A DNA stretch of 64,000 nucleotides from a virus (lineage: Duplodnaviria > Caudoviricetes). Below are positions 1 to 9,404 of this stretch, one piece after another. Every line of letters starts with the position of its first letter. Within the stretch, counting starts at the first letter, position 1. The stretch lies in IMG/VR virus record IMGVR_UViG_3300047560_001406, positions 735-64,734 of that record, one strand, 5' to 3'. Below the pieces are notes generated by a model. The model was not told where the DNA came from. It did no database searches and worked only from the letters and a program-made list of their open reading frames with translations. The translations under genes were made by a program, and so were the position numbers.

Positions 1-562
1 GCTTTGTTGGTCCACTATTTCCAGTTGCAGCAAATACTGGCACATTAGATATTTTTAGATTTGCAATGCTAGCACGAATCTTTGGATCAACAACGCTGAT
101 ATTGGTTAGTCCAAAACTAGATAGTTTACAGTCACCAATTTTAGTCATATTGCCACTTAGACTATATGAAAATGATACTGCACCAACTATAGACTTATTT
201 GTTTCTACCCATTGAAGTGCACTAAGAAATGTATTTCCAGTTACTCCATATACCGCACCAGTAGAGGAAACGTCAGATGCCCGTATAACAATTACCTTGA
301 TAGACGGATCTTGTTTTAATGCAATATCAACCATTACTGTTCCATGATTTGCTGGATCAGACAATGTCGTTGATGGTTTTGCCTTATTTACACACTTATC
401 AGTTGCTACACAAACTTGGGAAATATTTGCACCAAATTTGGAAACATCAAAATAGCTGTCAATAATTACAAGAGATTTCGTATCAGCATGTGCAGGTGTT
501 GACAATGCTGTAAGTGATATAACTGCTGATAATACTGCATAGCTTACTTTTTTCATACCCAT
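1..562 (-). CDS. Secreted subtilisin-like S8 peptidase (runs off the left edge)
   Basis: Manual translation MGMKKVSYAVLSAVISLTALSTPAHA (signal peptide), then VIIDS (Asp), NHGT (His) and FAATGN (oxyanion Asn). RBS AAAGGA. Catalytic Ser would lie outside the window. Confidence 0.75.
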   Translation of the reverse strand, partial: MGMKKVSYAVLSAVISLTALSTPAHADTKSLVIIDSYFDVSKFGANISQVCVATDKCVNKAKPSTTLSDPANHGTVMVDIALKQDPSIKVIVIRASDVSSTGAVYGVTGNTFLSALQWVETNKSIVGAVSFSYSLSGNMTKIGDCKLSSFGLTNISVVDPKIRASIANLKISNVPVFAATGNSGPTK

Positions 563-573
563 TTTTATTTCCT

Positions 574-753
574 TTATTGTATTAGTTTAATTACTGGTGA
601 ACATGGATCTCCGCCATCTTCCCACTCTTGCTGTTCTTCTTCTGACATGTATGGGTCACCATCATGTGTATAGCAAAAAGGTTCTGTAACCCAGCCCTTA
701 TCAATGCCATGTTGGAGCCAATCGAATAGCTCATCAAAGTTTTTATCTGTCAT
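574..753 (-). CDS. Small acidic hypothetical protein, 59 aa
   Basis: Manual ORF MTDKNFDELFDWLQHGIDKGWVTEPFCYTHDGDPY...DPCSPVIKLIQ; fills the gap; TATACT lies 6 nt upstream of the ATG. Confidence 0.75.
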   Translation of the reverse strand: MTDKNFDELFDWLQHGIDKGWVTEPFCYTHDGDPYMSEEEQQEWEDGGDPCSPVIKLIQ

Positions 754-768
754 GTATTTAGTATAACA

Positions 769-1293
769 CTAAGAGGTGACAATGTCAACTGGACCCTGGC
801 AAGAAGTTGAGAATTTTATTGCAGCCCCAACTGCCTTCATAACACGCTTACGGGTATCCTTTAAAGACTCTGTAGCATACATAGATCCATAAGCATATTC
901 TGCACCAGAACCCATGGCAACATAGTCATGCATGTATTGATTTAAAGACATATCTACTGCATTATGCTCATATATCTTGCCACGTATACCTATAAGCAAT
1001 CCAAAGTCTGAATCATTTGATACGTCTACCCACCAATTTTCATAGAATACACGCAATGCAATAAGAAAATCAGTATACATAAACTTATCAAGATCATCAC
1101 CTTTAGGTGTAGGTGGTTTAAAATTATATTTCATTCTGTCGCCATCCATAGAGCCACAATATCCAAACAGATATTCTCCATGTTTCCAAACTTTAGGACT
1201 AGTCAATGACATAATTAAATTACTTTCAGATGCACCACGGTCCCCTGCCATATGCACCTTATCACCCTGACGGGCAGCAACAATACAGGTCAC
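769..1293 (-). CDS. Ntn-hydrolase, HslV/proteasome beta-subunit-like peptidase
   Basis: N-terminal M-T-C-I-V-A (Thr nucleophile after Met removal), AGD, PKV, and AMGSGAEYAYG, matching the proteasome/HslV GSG motif. Confidence 0.7.
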   Translation of the reverse strand: MTCIVAARQGDKVHMAGDRGASESNLIMSLTSPKVWKHGEYLFGYCGSMDGDRMKYNFKPPTPKGDDLDKFMYTDFLIALRVFYENWWVDVSNDSDFGLLIGIRGKIYEHNAVDMSLNQYMHDYVAMGSGAEYAYGSMYATESLKDTRKRVMKAVGAAIKFSTSCQGPVDIVTS

Positions 1294-1294
1294 A

Positions 1295-1359
1295 AAAATC
1301 CCCTAGCTCATGTAGTAATTGTATCTTTCAATTATACACCAACTAGGGGACCTTGTCAA
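1295..1359 (-). promoter_or_regulatory. Consensus sigma70/SigA promoter embedded in an RBS-sequestering hairpin
   Basis: TTGACA (1359-1354), 17-nt spacer, TATAAT (1336-1331). TCCCCTAG in the spacer is the reverse complement of CTAGGGGA at the RBS. Confidence 0.8.
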
Positions 1360-1375
1360 TTAACCCCAATAATGA

Positions 1376-1666
1376 TTATTTAACTTGTTTCTTATCAACT
1401 GTAGCAAATGCATCATTAATTTCAGCAATTGTGAGCTTGCCATCATCAAGAAATGCTCTTGCAAGCTTCTCAACGACTGTAGCTACGCCCAACAATCCTG
1501 CAAGAAATACTGCCTGTATGGTATCAATACCTACAACGGCTCCTGCACCTAAGACTCCAAGACCATTTGCTGCAAACACAGCAATGATTCTCATGAGGAC
1601 ATTAGACAGGGCTTTTGGACCCTGGGGTTTTGCTGGCACTGTTCCAATTTCTTTTTTGGCTGCCAT
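1376..1666 (-). CDS. Small membrane protein, possibly holin-like
   Basis: Two hydrophobic segments and a charged C-terminus. Start reassigned to MAAKKE, which overlaps the upstream stop (TAATG). Confidence 0.6.
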   Translation of the reverse strand: MAAKKEIGTVPAKPQGPKALSNVLMRIIAVFAANGLGVLGAGAVVGIDTIQAVFLAGLLGVATVVEKLARAFLDDGKLTIAEINDAFATVDKKQVK

Positions 1667-1836
1667 TAGTCTTCCTCTCTGTTTCTTATAGGATAGGTAA
1701 CAACCCAAGCAATAAAGGTTCCTATGATCGCATACCCAACAACTGTTTTTGCACTTCCGTCAAGAACGACCCATGCAATGAACATTCCTAGAAGTGTCCA
1801 TAGCTGGTCAATCATATCTTTGAAGAACTTTACCAT
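1666..1836 (-). CDS. Small two-TM membrane protein, 56 aa
   Basis: Manual ORF MVKFFKDMIDQLWTLLGMFIAWVVLDGSAKTVVGYAIIGTFIAWVVTYPIRNREED; overlaps both neighbours. Confidence 0.7.
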   Translation of the reverse strand: MVKFFKDMIDQLWTLLGMFIAWVVLDGSAKTVVGYAIIGTFIAWVVTYPIRNREED

Positions 1837-4298
1837 GTTTCATTTCTCCTTCTTGTTCCACCAGAATTTCCACCGCTAGGTCCGCTACCGCCACTTGGTG
1901 CTGAAGGTGCTGATCCACCACTGCCTGCCAACCCTATGGCATTCATGGCTGCACCTGCTGCAACAACGGTAGCAACAACCATATGCGTTGCTTCTTCTCT
2001 TTCTTGTGGTGACATGTCTGCACCTACACTACCCAATGCAGACAATGCTGCAGCTGGGTTAGTGAATAACTCCTGAACCAATGCTCCTGGATCAGAAATT
2101 AATTCTATATTTGCTGCATCTTGTGCAGTAATCACAACGGCATTTCCGTTTTCATCTGTACGTACATCTACTGGAGTTTCTGGTGGAAGATCTTTATATT
2201 CAATTCCAGCACTTTGAATTTGCTCAGATGTTAATGCTTCTCCTGGTTTCAAATCTGAAACTAGAGAATCTACAATTGCTGCTTTTTCTTCTGCAGTTAT
2301 TACGCCATCAGCATTTGCATTTTCAATAATTGCTTCTGGCTGTTTTGCTGCCTCTTCTGCAGCAAGTCTTTCTGCTTCAGCTTTAGCAGCAGCTTCTGCA
2401 TCAGCTTTAGCTTGAGCATCTGCAGCAGCTTTTTCAGCTGCCAATCTATCTGCCTCAGCCTTAGCCTGAGCCTCTGCTTCAAGTGCAGCTTGTTCTGCTG
2501 CTAGCTTTGCTGCCTCTTCTGCTGCTGCTTGCTCTGCAGCAATCCTATCTGCCTCTGCTTGAGCAGCCTGTTCTGCAGCAATCCTATCTGCTTCAGCTTT
2601 AGCTGCTGCTTCTGCTGCAATTCTGTCTGCTTCTGCTTTAGCAGCTGCTTCTGCAGCTAAACGATCTGCTTCTGCCTTTGCTGCAGCCTCTGCTGCTGCT
2701 TTTGCATCTGCCTCTGCTTTTGCCTGTGCTTCTGCAGCAAGTCTTGCCTGCTCTGCTTCATAAGCTTGTTGTGCAGCAATTCTTGCAGCCTCTGCCTCAG
2801 CAGCTAGTCTGGCAATCTCAGCTTGTCTAGCCTGTTCTGCAGCTATGGCAGCTTGACGCTGTTGCTCTTCTAAATTAGCTTGAGAAGTATAAGTTGCTTG
2901 AACATTAGATACACTTCCTTGCATTGTTTGAACAGAAACATTAAGATTACCAACAGCAACAGAAACAGCTATTTCTGCTGATTGAGATTGAGACTCAAGA
3001 TTATCTAACATTGTTGCCTGATTTGTTAGGTTTTCTGTAGCAGTTGTTAGGTTTTCTGTAGCAGTTGTTAGGTTTTCTGTAGCAGTTGTTAGGTTTTGAG
3101 TTTCATTAATTAGAACTATTTGCTTATCTGCTACAACATCAGATGCATTATTTTCAATTTGTTGTAGGGTATTTAATGTAGATTGCTCTGTTGTCAGGGT
3201 CTGAATTGCAGATAGTAGTGCTGCTTTTTGTTCTGGAGTAGCAGAAGATGTAGAAAATTCTGATGCTGGAATTACTGACCATGACCCATCTCCGTTATAT
3301 CTCATTAAGGCAACTGATGCTCCACCACCATTTTCATAAAACCAAAAATCTAATGTTTTACCTACACCAGCTATAGTAGAGATGGCAGCAGTAGATCCAC
3401 CACCACCTTTATCGTACCAATCATTAATAACCATTTGTCCGTCAAGGTACAGTCTTGTTCCATCATCTGCTGGAGCATAAATCCATTGAGTTCCTGTATA
3501 CTGAGGTGTCCAAATGCCCTGCCATCTGACCTGGAAATCTTCAGGATATGTATTAGCAGGGCCACCGCCACCCCACGGCTCATTGATTCCATTAGTATCT
3601 GTGGTAACAGACACTACTGTCCCAGCACCCATTGGTGGTGCATTATTATACCCACGATCTTGGTATACAGTCATCGTTAGCCCAGCAGAAGTATTGGAAT
3701 CAACTATCGCTTGTGCTGTATCTTTATTTGTCTGAGCTGTATCAACAACTGGGATTTGTGCATCAACGGCATCCGATGCAGATTGTAAATTAGCCTGAGC
3801 GTTTGTCAAATTTGTTTGTGCTTGATCTACCACAGCAGTTTGAGACTCTAATGTTTGTGTTGCTTGCTGCAAAGTTGAGGTTGCATTGTTAACAATAGCC
3901 GTTGCTGAGTCTACAATAGATGTTTGTACTGTTACTGATTCTTGAGCAGAATTTAATGTCTGCACGGATTCCTGTACCGCCTGAATATTTGCTGTAACAG
4001 TTTCGATAGCTGATTGTGCCAACGATATTGCTTGATTTACAGAAGATTGGTCATTTAATGCTGTTGAGCTATCAGATACTTGCTGAATGCTATTTTGTGC
4101 ATTACTAACAGATGTTTGTGCTTGCTGAATAGAATCAGTAGCTGTTATTTGGACTGTTACTGTAGAAGTTTCATTTGTTGGAGCAGGCGAAACTTGGACT
4201 GTGATCTCATCTGCATGTGCCTGTTCTGAAGGTGCAAATGCCAGCCATATAAGTATAAATATTCCAACTAGGGCAAGCCTAAATGAAAACTTCTTCAA
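1830..4298 (-). CDS. Secreted/membrane-anchored PA14-domain protein with coiled-coil and TolA-like Ala/Glu stalks
   Basis: Signal peptide ending AHA; PA14 motifs FQVRWQG, ADDGTRLYLDG, DFWFYENGGGA; AEAAAKAEADRIA repeats; hydrophobic C-terminal segment. Confidence 0.75.
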   Translation of the reverse strand: MKKFSFRLALVGIFILIWLAFAPSEQAHADEITVQVSPAPTNETSTVTVQITATDSIQQAQTSVSNAQNSIQQVSDSSTALNDQSSVNQAISLAQSAIETVTANIQAVQESVQTLNSAQESVTVQTSIVDSATAIVNNATSTLQQATQTLESQTAVVDQAQTNLTNAQANLQSASDAVDAQIPVVDTAQTNKDTAQAIVDSNTSAGLTMTVYQDRGYNNAPPMGAGTVVSVTTDTNGINEPWGGGGPANTYPEDFQVRWQGIWTPQYTGTQWIYAPADDGTRLYLDGQMVINDWYDKGGGGSTAAISTIAGVGKTLDFWFYENGGGASVALMRYNGDGSWSVIPASEFSTSSATPEQKAALLSAIQTLTTEQSTLNTLQQIENNASDVVADKQIVLINETQNLTTATENLTTATENLTTATENLTNQATMLDNLESQSQSAEIAVSVAVGNLNVSVQTMQGSVSNVQATYTSQANLEEQQRQAAIAAEQARQAEIARLAAEAEAARIAAQQAYEAEQARLAAEAQAKAEADAKAAAEAAAKAEADRLAAEAAAKAEADRIAAEAAAKAEADRIAAEQAAQAEADRIAAEQAAAEEAAKLAAEQAALEAEAQAKAEADRLAAEKAAADAQAKADAEAAAKAEAERLAAEEAAKQPEAIIENANADGVITAEEKAAIVDSLVSDLKPGEALTSEQIQSAGIEYKDLPPETPVDVRTDENGNAVVITAQDAANIELISDPGALVQELFTNPAAALSALGSVGADMSPQEREEATHMVVATVVAAGAAMNAIGLAGSGGSAPSAPSGGSGPSGGNSGGTRRRNETW
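3025..3097. repeat. 21-nt tandem repeat (about 3.5 copies) encoding the ENLTTAT heptad
   Basis: gttaggttttctgtagcagtt occurs three times exactly, plus a partial copy. Confidence 0.9.
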
Positions 4299-4357
4299 AG
4301 TAGGGGTCTCCTTTGTAGGGTTAAGAAGCTTAACAAGATAAGTATATCATGATTTGA

Positions 4358-4385
4358 TAAAAATAAAGGGGCACCGAAGTGCCCC
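4358..4385 (-). terminator. Intrinsic terminator after nrdJ
   Basis: GGGGCAC-TTCG-GTGCCCC followed by TTTATTTTT on the minus strand. Confidence 0.85.
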
Positions 4386-4403
4386 CTTACCTTTTCCGAT
4401 CTA

Positions 4404-6434
4404 TTAAGAGATCTTTAGTTCACATGCATCTGTTGTACAGTATGCTTCTCCTTGTGCTTCAAGATTGTCGATGCCATCATAGATAGCTGACCAGTTAATC
4501 TTTTTAATGGAGCCAACATAAGAATTGTACTCATCTTCAGTGATCTCTGTATATGGTTGCTGTGGGTAGACTGTGTTACCCATTGGAAGGAATGATACAG
4601 CCTTTAATTGCCCCTCATACATGTTGAGAACTGATGCAATGTGCTGCTTTTCTGTTTCCTTGTCAAATGATAGAGTTACAGATACTCCATTATCTGACCA
4701 ATACTTTTGTGTAGTTGCTGCAAGACCAATCTTTTCAAAAAGAGTAACTTGCTTTTCTGCTCTCTTCTGTCCAGATGCAACTGGGAAGTATACTACTGAA
4801 GTATTTGCTGATACTAGATCATCTTCAATTTTGTACCCTGCTGCTCTAAACAAGTGCATCATTGGATCTTGATTACCAAATCGAATAGCACGTAGGTAGT
4901 GCTTTCCACCTGGACCCCAGTGAACACCAGGCGTTGCACCAGAAAGAATTGATACAGAACCAGATGGCTTAACTGTAGTTACACGAATGGACTCACGCAC
5001 ACACAGCCATTCTGAATACTGCTTGTCATAGAATCGAATCTTATTATATCCTTCATCCATCCAATCACGTACTGTTGGCAGTCCATGTTCATCAGCAAAT
5101 GATGCAATACCAGTTAGTGATGTTCCAATACGACGGTTTCTCTGCATGATACCGTTTGTTTGCTGCCAATGAGTAGGAAGAAGTGTAACAGTCTTGCCAT
5201 ACAAATATGCAAACTTCAAAGTACGCAAGAAATCTTCCTTGCTTTCATGACGATTGAGGTGTACCTCAACTAGGGTACATAGCTCATAAGACTCCAGTGG
5301 CTGCTCTGCACATGGATTAAAGCCAACTACACGATAGTCCTTACCATCTGGAGCATCTGCAAGACGGCCATAATTACGAGCAACATCAAGCCAAATAAAT
5401 CCTGGCTCTCCATTATCTGCAATGCGATCAACATACTTTGAGTAGTCCATACCCACTGTTGCTGAAATAGAATTGTTAGACATCCAAGCCCAGCCTGGAT
5501 TCTCTGGATCATAAGAGTTACGATCAGGGAAAACTTCTGCATTTTTTAGATTCAAGAAATCTTCATCGCCATCGACACCGAGTGCAAGTGTAGCTGAACG
5601 GCGTACGTTACCAGCAACAACACAAGTACCAATAAGGTTAATGATATCTACAATTGCACGAGAGTCGAACTTATCCCCTGCTCTTGAACCAATAGCCTTG
5701 CGAATAGCCTCATGCATCTTAATCAATGGTTCTGGGCCAGATGCAGTACCACCAAATCCCTTGATGGGAGCTCCGTATGGTCTAATAATTGAGTAATCAA
5801 AATCCTGGATAGGCTGGTTTGGACGAAGATAAGAGTTGAGCAGAAGTCTAGTAGATTCTACCCATCCCTCACGATCATCTGTAATTTGCCAAATCACTGC
5901 TGGCTCTGTAGGGGCATAGATATGCCAATTCTTATCCTGTCCCAAAGTATCGAAGCCAACACCAATACCAAGCATTAGGGCATCCATAACCCATGCAAAT
6001 AGGGCACCTGGGTCATTCTTGTCTAGATCCTTTGTAGAGACTACAGCACAGTTCTGAAGGGCTGCTGAGTTACGCTTTTCCATGGTTAGAGGTGTTCCAA
6101 AGGACCATAGTCCACGTCCAGGTGGAGTCCATTTAAGATTGAACATTCTATCAAAAGCTTCTTGTGCTGACTTCTGTGCCTTATAATCATTCCATGGAAG
6201 ACGGTTTTCCTTAGCGTGATTCTTCTGTACTGAATACATACCTTCGATTACACGACGACAAACTTCATGCCATCTTTCTTTTGTCCCGTCTTCTTTAATA
6301 CGTGAATATGTTCTAATAAAAGTAATTTCACCTAATGAATTATCACCTGCATCTCTAAAACCAAACGGTGACTCTGAGGTCTTATACTTATCAATGAACT
6401 CTTCAGCAAGCCTGAAGGAAAAGAAATCTGACAT
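4404..6434 (-). CDS. nrdJ: Class II (adenosylcobalamin-dependent) ribonucleotide reductase
   Basis: WTPPGRGLW, ALQNCA, VVAGNVRRSA, FNPCAEQPL, TTVKPSGSVS and the C-terminal Cys pair CTTDAC. Confidence 0.93.
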   Translation of the reverse strand: MSDFFSFRLAEEFIDKYKTSESPFGFRDAGDNSLGEITFIRTYSRIKEDGTKERWHEVCRRVIEGMYSVQKNHAKENRLPWNDYKAQKSAQEAFDRMFNLKWTPPGRGLWSFGTPLTMEKRNSAALQNCAVVSTKDLDKNDPGALFAWVMDALMLGIGVGFDTLGQDKNWHIYAPTEPAVIWQITDDREGWVESTRLLLNSYLRPNQPIQDFDYSIIRPYGAPIKGFGGTASGPEPLIKMHEAIRKAIGSRAGDKFDSRAIVDIINLIGTCVVAGNVRRSATLALGVDGDEDFLNLKNAEVFPDRNSYDPENPGWAWMSNNSISATVGMDYSKYVDRIADNGEPGFIWLDVARNYGRLADAPDGKDYRVVGFNPCAEQPLESYELCTLVEVHLNRHESKEDFLRTLKFAYLYGKTVTLLPTHWQQTNGIMQRNRRIGTSLTGIASFADEHGLPTVRDWMDEGYNKIRFYDKQYSEWLCVRESIRVTTVKPSGSVSILSGATPGVHWGPGGKHYLRAIRFGNQDPMMHLFRAAGYKIEDDLVSANTSVVYFPVASGQKRAEKQVTLFEKIGLAATTQKYWSDNGVSVTLSFDKETEKQHIASVLNMYEGQLKAVSFLPMGNTVYPQQPYTEITEDEYNSYVGSIKKINWSAIYDGIDNLEAQGEAYCTTDACELKIS

Positions 6435-6477
6435 TTACGCTCCTTTATATAATTATTAAAAAATGAATCAGACAATA

Positions 6478-6507
6478 ATTATAGCATAGTGTTTTTGTTT
6501 TTGTAAA
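6478..6507 (-). promoter_or_regulatory. Promoter for nrdJ
   Basis: TTTACA, 18-nt spacer, extended -10 TGCTATAAT. Confidence 0.6.
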
Positions 6508-6558
6508 ACTCTCCTTCAAGTAATCCTTTAGAGTTATGCAAATCACAAAACAGCAAAC

Positions 6559-6587
6559 AAAAAAGGGACCAGTTTTCCAGTCCCTTT
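6559..6587 (-). terminator. Intrinsic terminator
   Basis: AAAGGGACTGG-AAAA-CTGGTCCCTTT followed by a T-rich tract. Confidence 0.75.
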
Positions 6588-6601
6588 AGTGTTAACTTAA
6601 A

Positions 6602-7603
6602 TTACTTAAGTAGTGCAACCTTAGCCTTTGGATTCTTTGCATTCCACTTCTTAGCGATAGCGTTGAAAGCATCCTTTACAGACTTAATTGCAGCAGCGTT
6701 ATCTGCCTTTGCCTTTGCAAGTTCTGCATCCTTTGCAGCAATCTGTGCAAGTGCATCTGCAAGTGCCTTATCTGCAGCAATCTTATCAGCAGCACGTGCA
6801 GCCTTCTCAGCAGCAAGTTCTGTAGCAAGATCACGAACAGTTACATCAGCAACACGGACAGCAACAGGAGTTGCAAGACCAGTTACAGCAGCAGCAACTG
6901 TTGCAGTTGCAATAACACGTACAGTACCAGAAGTAGGAAGTGTTACATCCTGAGTCTTTGTACCGACTGTTGCTGCAGCAGTGTCAGTTGTCAATGCATA
7001 TGTAGTAGAGGCAGTATTTGTAACAACCTGAAGGTTGATAGTTGCTCCGCCCTTAGCGTTACCAAATACGTCAACACCCTTAACGGTTGCTGTGTATGTA
7101 GTTCCAGCAGCACCTGAAGCAGCACCAGCAAGTTCAATTGCATTTAGTGCACCAGCAGTACCCTGGAAGTAGTATGTAGTTGTATTGCCACCAACAGTAA
7201 CCGCTACAGAACCAACAGATGTAGTTGTAGTGAATACGTATAGATCTGCAGTTGTACCAGTACCAGTGTTAACTGATGCTGTTGACGAACCTGCAGAAGC
7301 AGTGACAGGTGCAGAAACGGTTGCAAGAGCAGTTACGATCTTACCGTTTGTTGCAACAGCAGAAACAACTGTGCCTGTGTCAAGACCAGTTAGAGCGATC
7401 TTGAGAGCATCTGCAGAATCTACAGAGTTATCTGCAGGAACTGGAAGTGCTACTGGTGCTGAGACAGCGGTACCGCCAACAGCTGACGAACCGCCAACAG
7501 TTAGAGTAGTAGCTACTGCAGCACTTGCAGGTGTTGCGATTACTGATGTTGCAAGGGCAGTAGCTGCAACCACTGCGAATGCGATCTTCTTGATAGAAGT
7601 CAT
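6602..7603 (-). CDS. Secreted Ala/Thr/Val-rich surface-protein-like protein with C-terminal coiled coil
   Basis: Signal peptide MTSIKKIAFAVVAATALATSVIATPASA; beta-rich body; helical basic C-terminus; RBS GGAGAA before the reassigned start. Confidence 0.7.
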   Translation of the reverse strand: MTSIKKIAFAVVAATALATSVIATPASAAVATTLTVGGSSAVGGTAVSAPVALPVPADNSVDSADALKIALTGLDTGTVVSAVATNGKIVTALATVSAPVTASAGSSTASVNTGTGTTADLYVFTTTTSVGSVAVTVGGNTTTYYFQGTAGALNAIELAGAASGAAGTTYTATVKGVDVFGNAKGGATINLQVVTNTASTTYALTTDTAAATVGTKTQDVTLPTSGTVRVIATATVAAAVTGLATPVAVRVADVTVRDLATELAAEKAARAADKIAADKALADALAQIAAKDAELAKAKADNAAAIKSVKDAFNAIAKKWNAKNPKAKVALLK

Positions 7604-7625
7604 ATATATGTTCTCCATTTTCTTC

Positions 7626-9404
7626 TTATATTAGTTTTAATCTATCCAAATAGTCTTTTACTTCTTTTGGCATAGGCTTATATTGTATCACACTATCTTT
7701 AGCCTTGTCAAATTCAGTTTTAGGCCTATCTCTGAATGTATGAATCTCTACCTCAAGGTTTAGGTCCCTAGGGGTGTGACTTATAGCACCAAAAATGGAA
7801 CCACACACAGCGTCAGCCAAGTCTTTTGAGAGTTTACGTGGGTGGTCTACATTCTTACCATTCTTAGTAATCTTAAGCTCTGTAAGCTCTTCGAACAAAA
7901 GTTCGACTGCTGGCATGGCTAATCTGTCCTCATAGATAAGCATTGCCATATCCTCATAGTGCTTTTTACCAACAGAGACGGTTTCTGTTCTCATGCCCAC
8001 CTCTGCAAGTTCTTTTTGAATATCAAATGACTGCCAACGGTCAAATGATACCATTCCTATATTAAAACCCAGTCTTCTTAGGTTTTGAATCCATTGCTTT
8101 ACTTCTGATAAATCTACTGGACCCTCTGTCTTTGGTTCCCACCAAGCTACAGCATCTACAATTACAATTGGGGATACCTGCTGATAATCTTTAATTACCT
8201 GAACATTTACCCATTTGTCTACGTGAGCAATCGCTACTGCACATTTGTCATGTCTTTGTGCAAGGTCAGCATGTACGTAATAAATCTTGTCTGGGTCAGG
8301 CGTAAAAGAAGACTCAAATCTTCTAAAATTATCTATGGGATTTCTGATGCTCATAGATGATCTAACCTTATCACGTTGTCTAAAGAATGTATCTGTCATA
8401 AATGTTGGGATACAGGCAAAGCGTTGCATGGCATCTCCCATATCTGTAAAGAATGCTAGCTTGAAATCATCAATCTTTCTTGTTGGATTCACTACCCAAG
8501 TTGGACGCTTTAATGCAAATACATTTGGATACTTATAGCTAAGGATATTATCTTCATCCCACTCAATTTCTAGACTATTTCCCTCTGCATCTTCTGGAAT
8601 GTCTGGATTTAGAATGAACTTGTGTGTCTTGTGTGTCACATCTTTTTCGGCAATAACGCTATCATAATGCTCAGAAATAAAGTCTCCTGGAAAACGTGGA
8701 AAAGATAGAAGTGCTACCTTTCCTAAATCTGGAAAACGTGAGTCTACGGATGCACGGAAAGCTTTGTAGATGTTATCTGCAGTTTTGCCTTGATCATTTC
8801 CAGTTCCAATTTCAGTAGCAAAGCCAGAAATCTCGTCAAGTACCGCAAGGATAAGGTTGAGCCCTTCGTGAGACTCTCTTTCTGAATGTCCTGAATATAC
8901 TGTAATTGATTCATCAAATTCAATAGATTCTGCTTTTGCGTTGAACTTTCCAATAAACCAGGGAGATTTTTCAATCTTGGTTTTAAAGCCTTTAAAGAAT
9001 ACGTTCTTCGCCTGCTGTGCGTTGATAGCAACGTTAATGATATCAATGGCATCCCCACTAGGTTTACCGAAATAACGAGCAGGCTCTTTAAGACATAATA
9101 GTTTGTATACGATATAAGCACACGCAACCGTAGATGTAAAGTCCTTACCAGAACCTTTGCCAAGCTGAAGAATAACTTCATTCTTTGTATACTTTTTGAA
9201 ATAACGGGCACCAGCTTCCTCCCCCATTAGGTCGATCAAATCTTCTTTACGATAGATCTGACTCATTGCCTCCACAATATCATACTGAATTTCTGACAGC
9301 GGTGGCTGATTTAGGAAATCCTCACCTTCAACAAATGTACGTGCATCTACTGGGGTTTCCCTAAAGTTATCATTCTTTAATGCATCTAAGAAATCATCAA
9401 ACAT
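7626..9404 (-). CDS. terL: Terminase large subunit
   Basis: Walker A GKGSGKD, Walker B AVLDE, nuclease motifs HADLA, FDRW, and VDHP..SKDLADA. Confidence 0.9.
   Translation of the reverse strand: MFDDFLDALKNDNFRETPVDARTFVEGEDFLNQPPLSEIQYDIVEAMSQIYRKEDLIDLMGEEAGARYFKKYTKNEVILQLGKGSGKDFTSTVACAYIVYKLLCLKEPARYFGKPSGDAIDIINVAINAQQAKNVFFKGFKTKIEKSPWFIGKFNAKAESIEFDESITVYSGHSERESHEGLNLILAVLDEISGFATEIGTGNDQGKTADNIYKAFRASVDSRFPDLGKVALLSFPRFPGDFISEHYDSVIAEKDVTHKTHKFILNPDIPEDAEGNSLEIEWDEDNILSYKYPNVFALKRPTWVVNPTRKIDDFKLAFFTDMGDAMQRFACIPTFMTDTFFRQRDKVRSSMSIRNPIDNFRRFESSFTPDPDKIYYVHADLAQRHDKCAVAIAHVDKWVNVQVIKDYQQVSPIVIVDAVAWWEPKTEGPVDLSEVKQWIQNLRRLGFNIGMVSFDRWQSFDIQKELAEVGMRTETVSVGKKHYEDMAMLIYEDRLAMPAVELLFEELTELKITKNGKNVDHPRKLSKDLADAVCGSIFGAISHTPRDLNLEVEIHTFRDRPKTEFDKAKDSVIQYKPMPKEVKDYLDRLKLI

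Noticed and set aside
6435-6601. tRNA, ncRNA or cobalamin riboswitch in this and other intergenic gaps
   Set aside because: Gaps are short and explained by terminators and promoters; no cloverleaf, B12 box or convincing NrdR box was seen.
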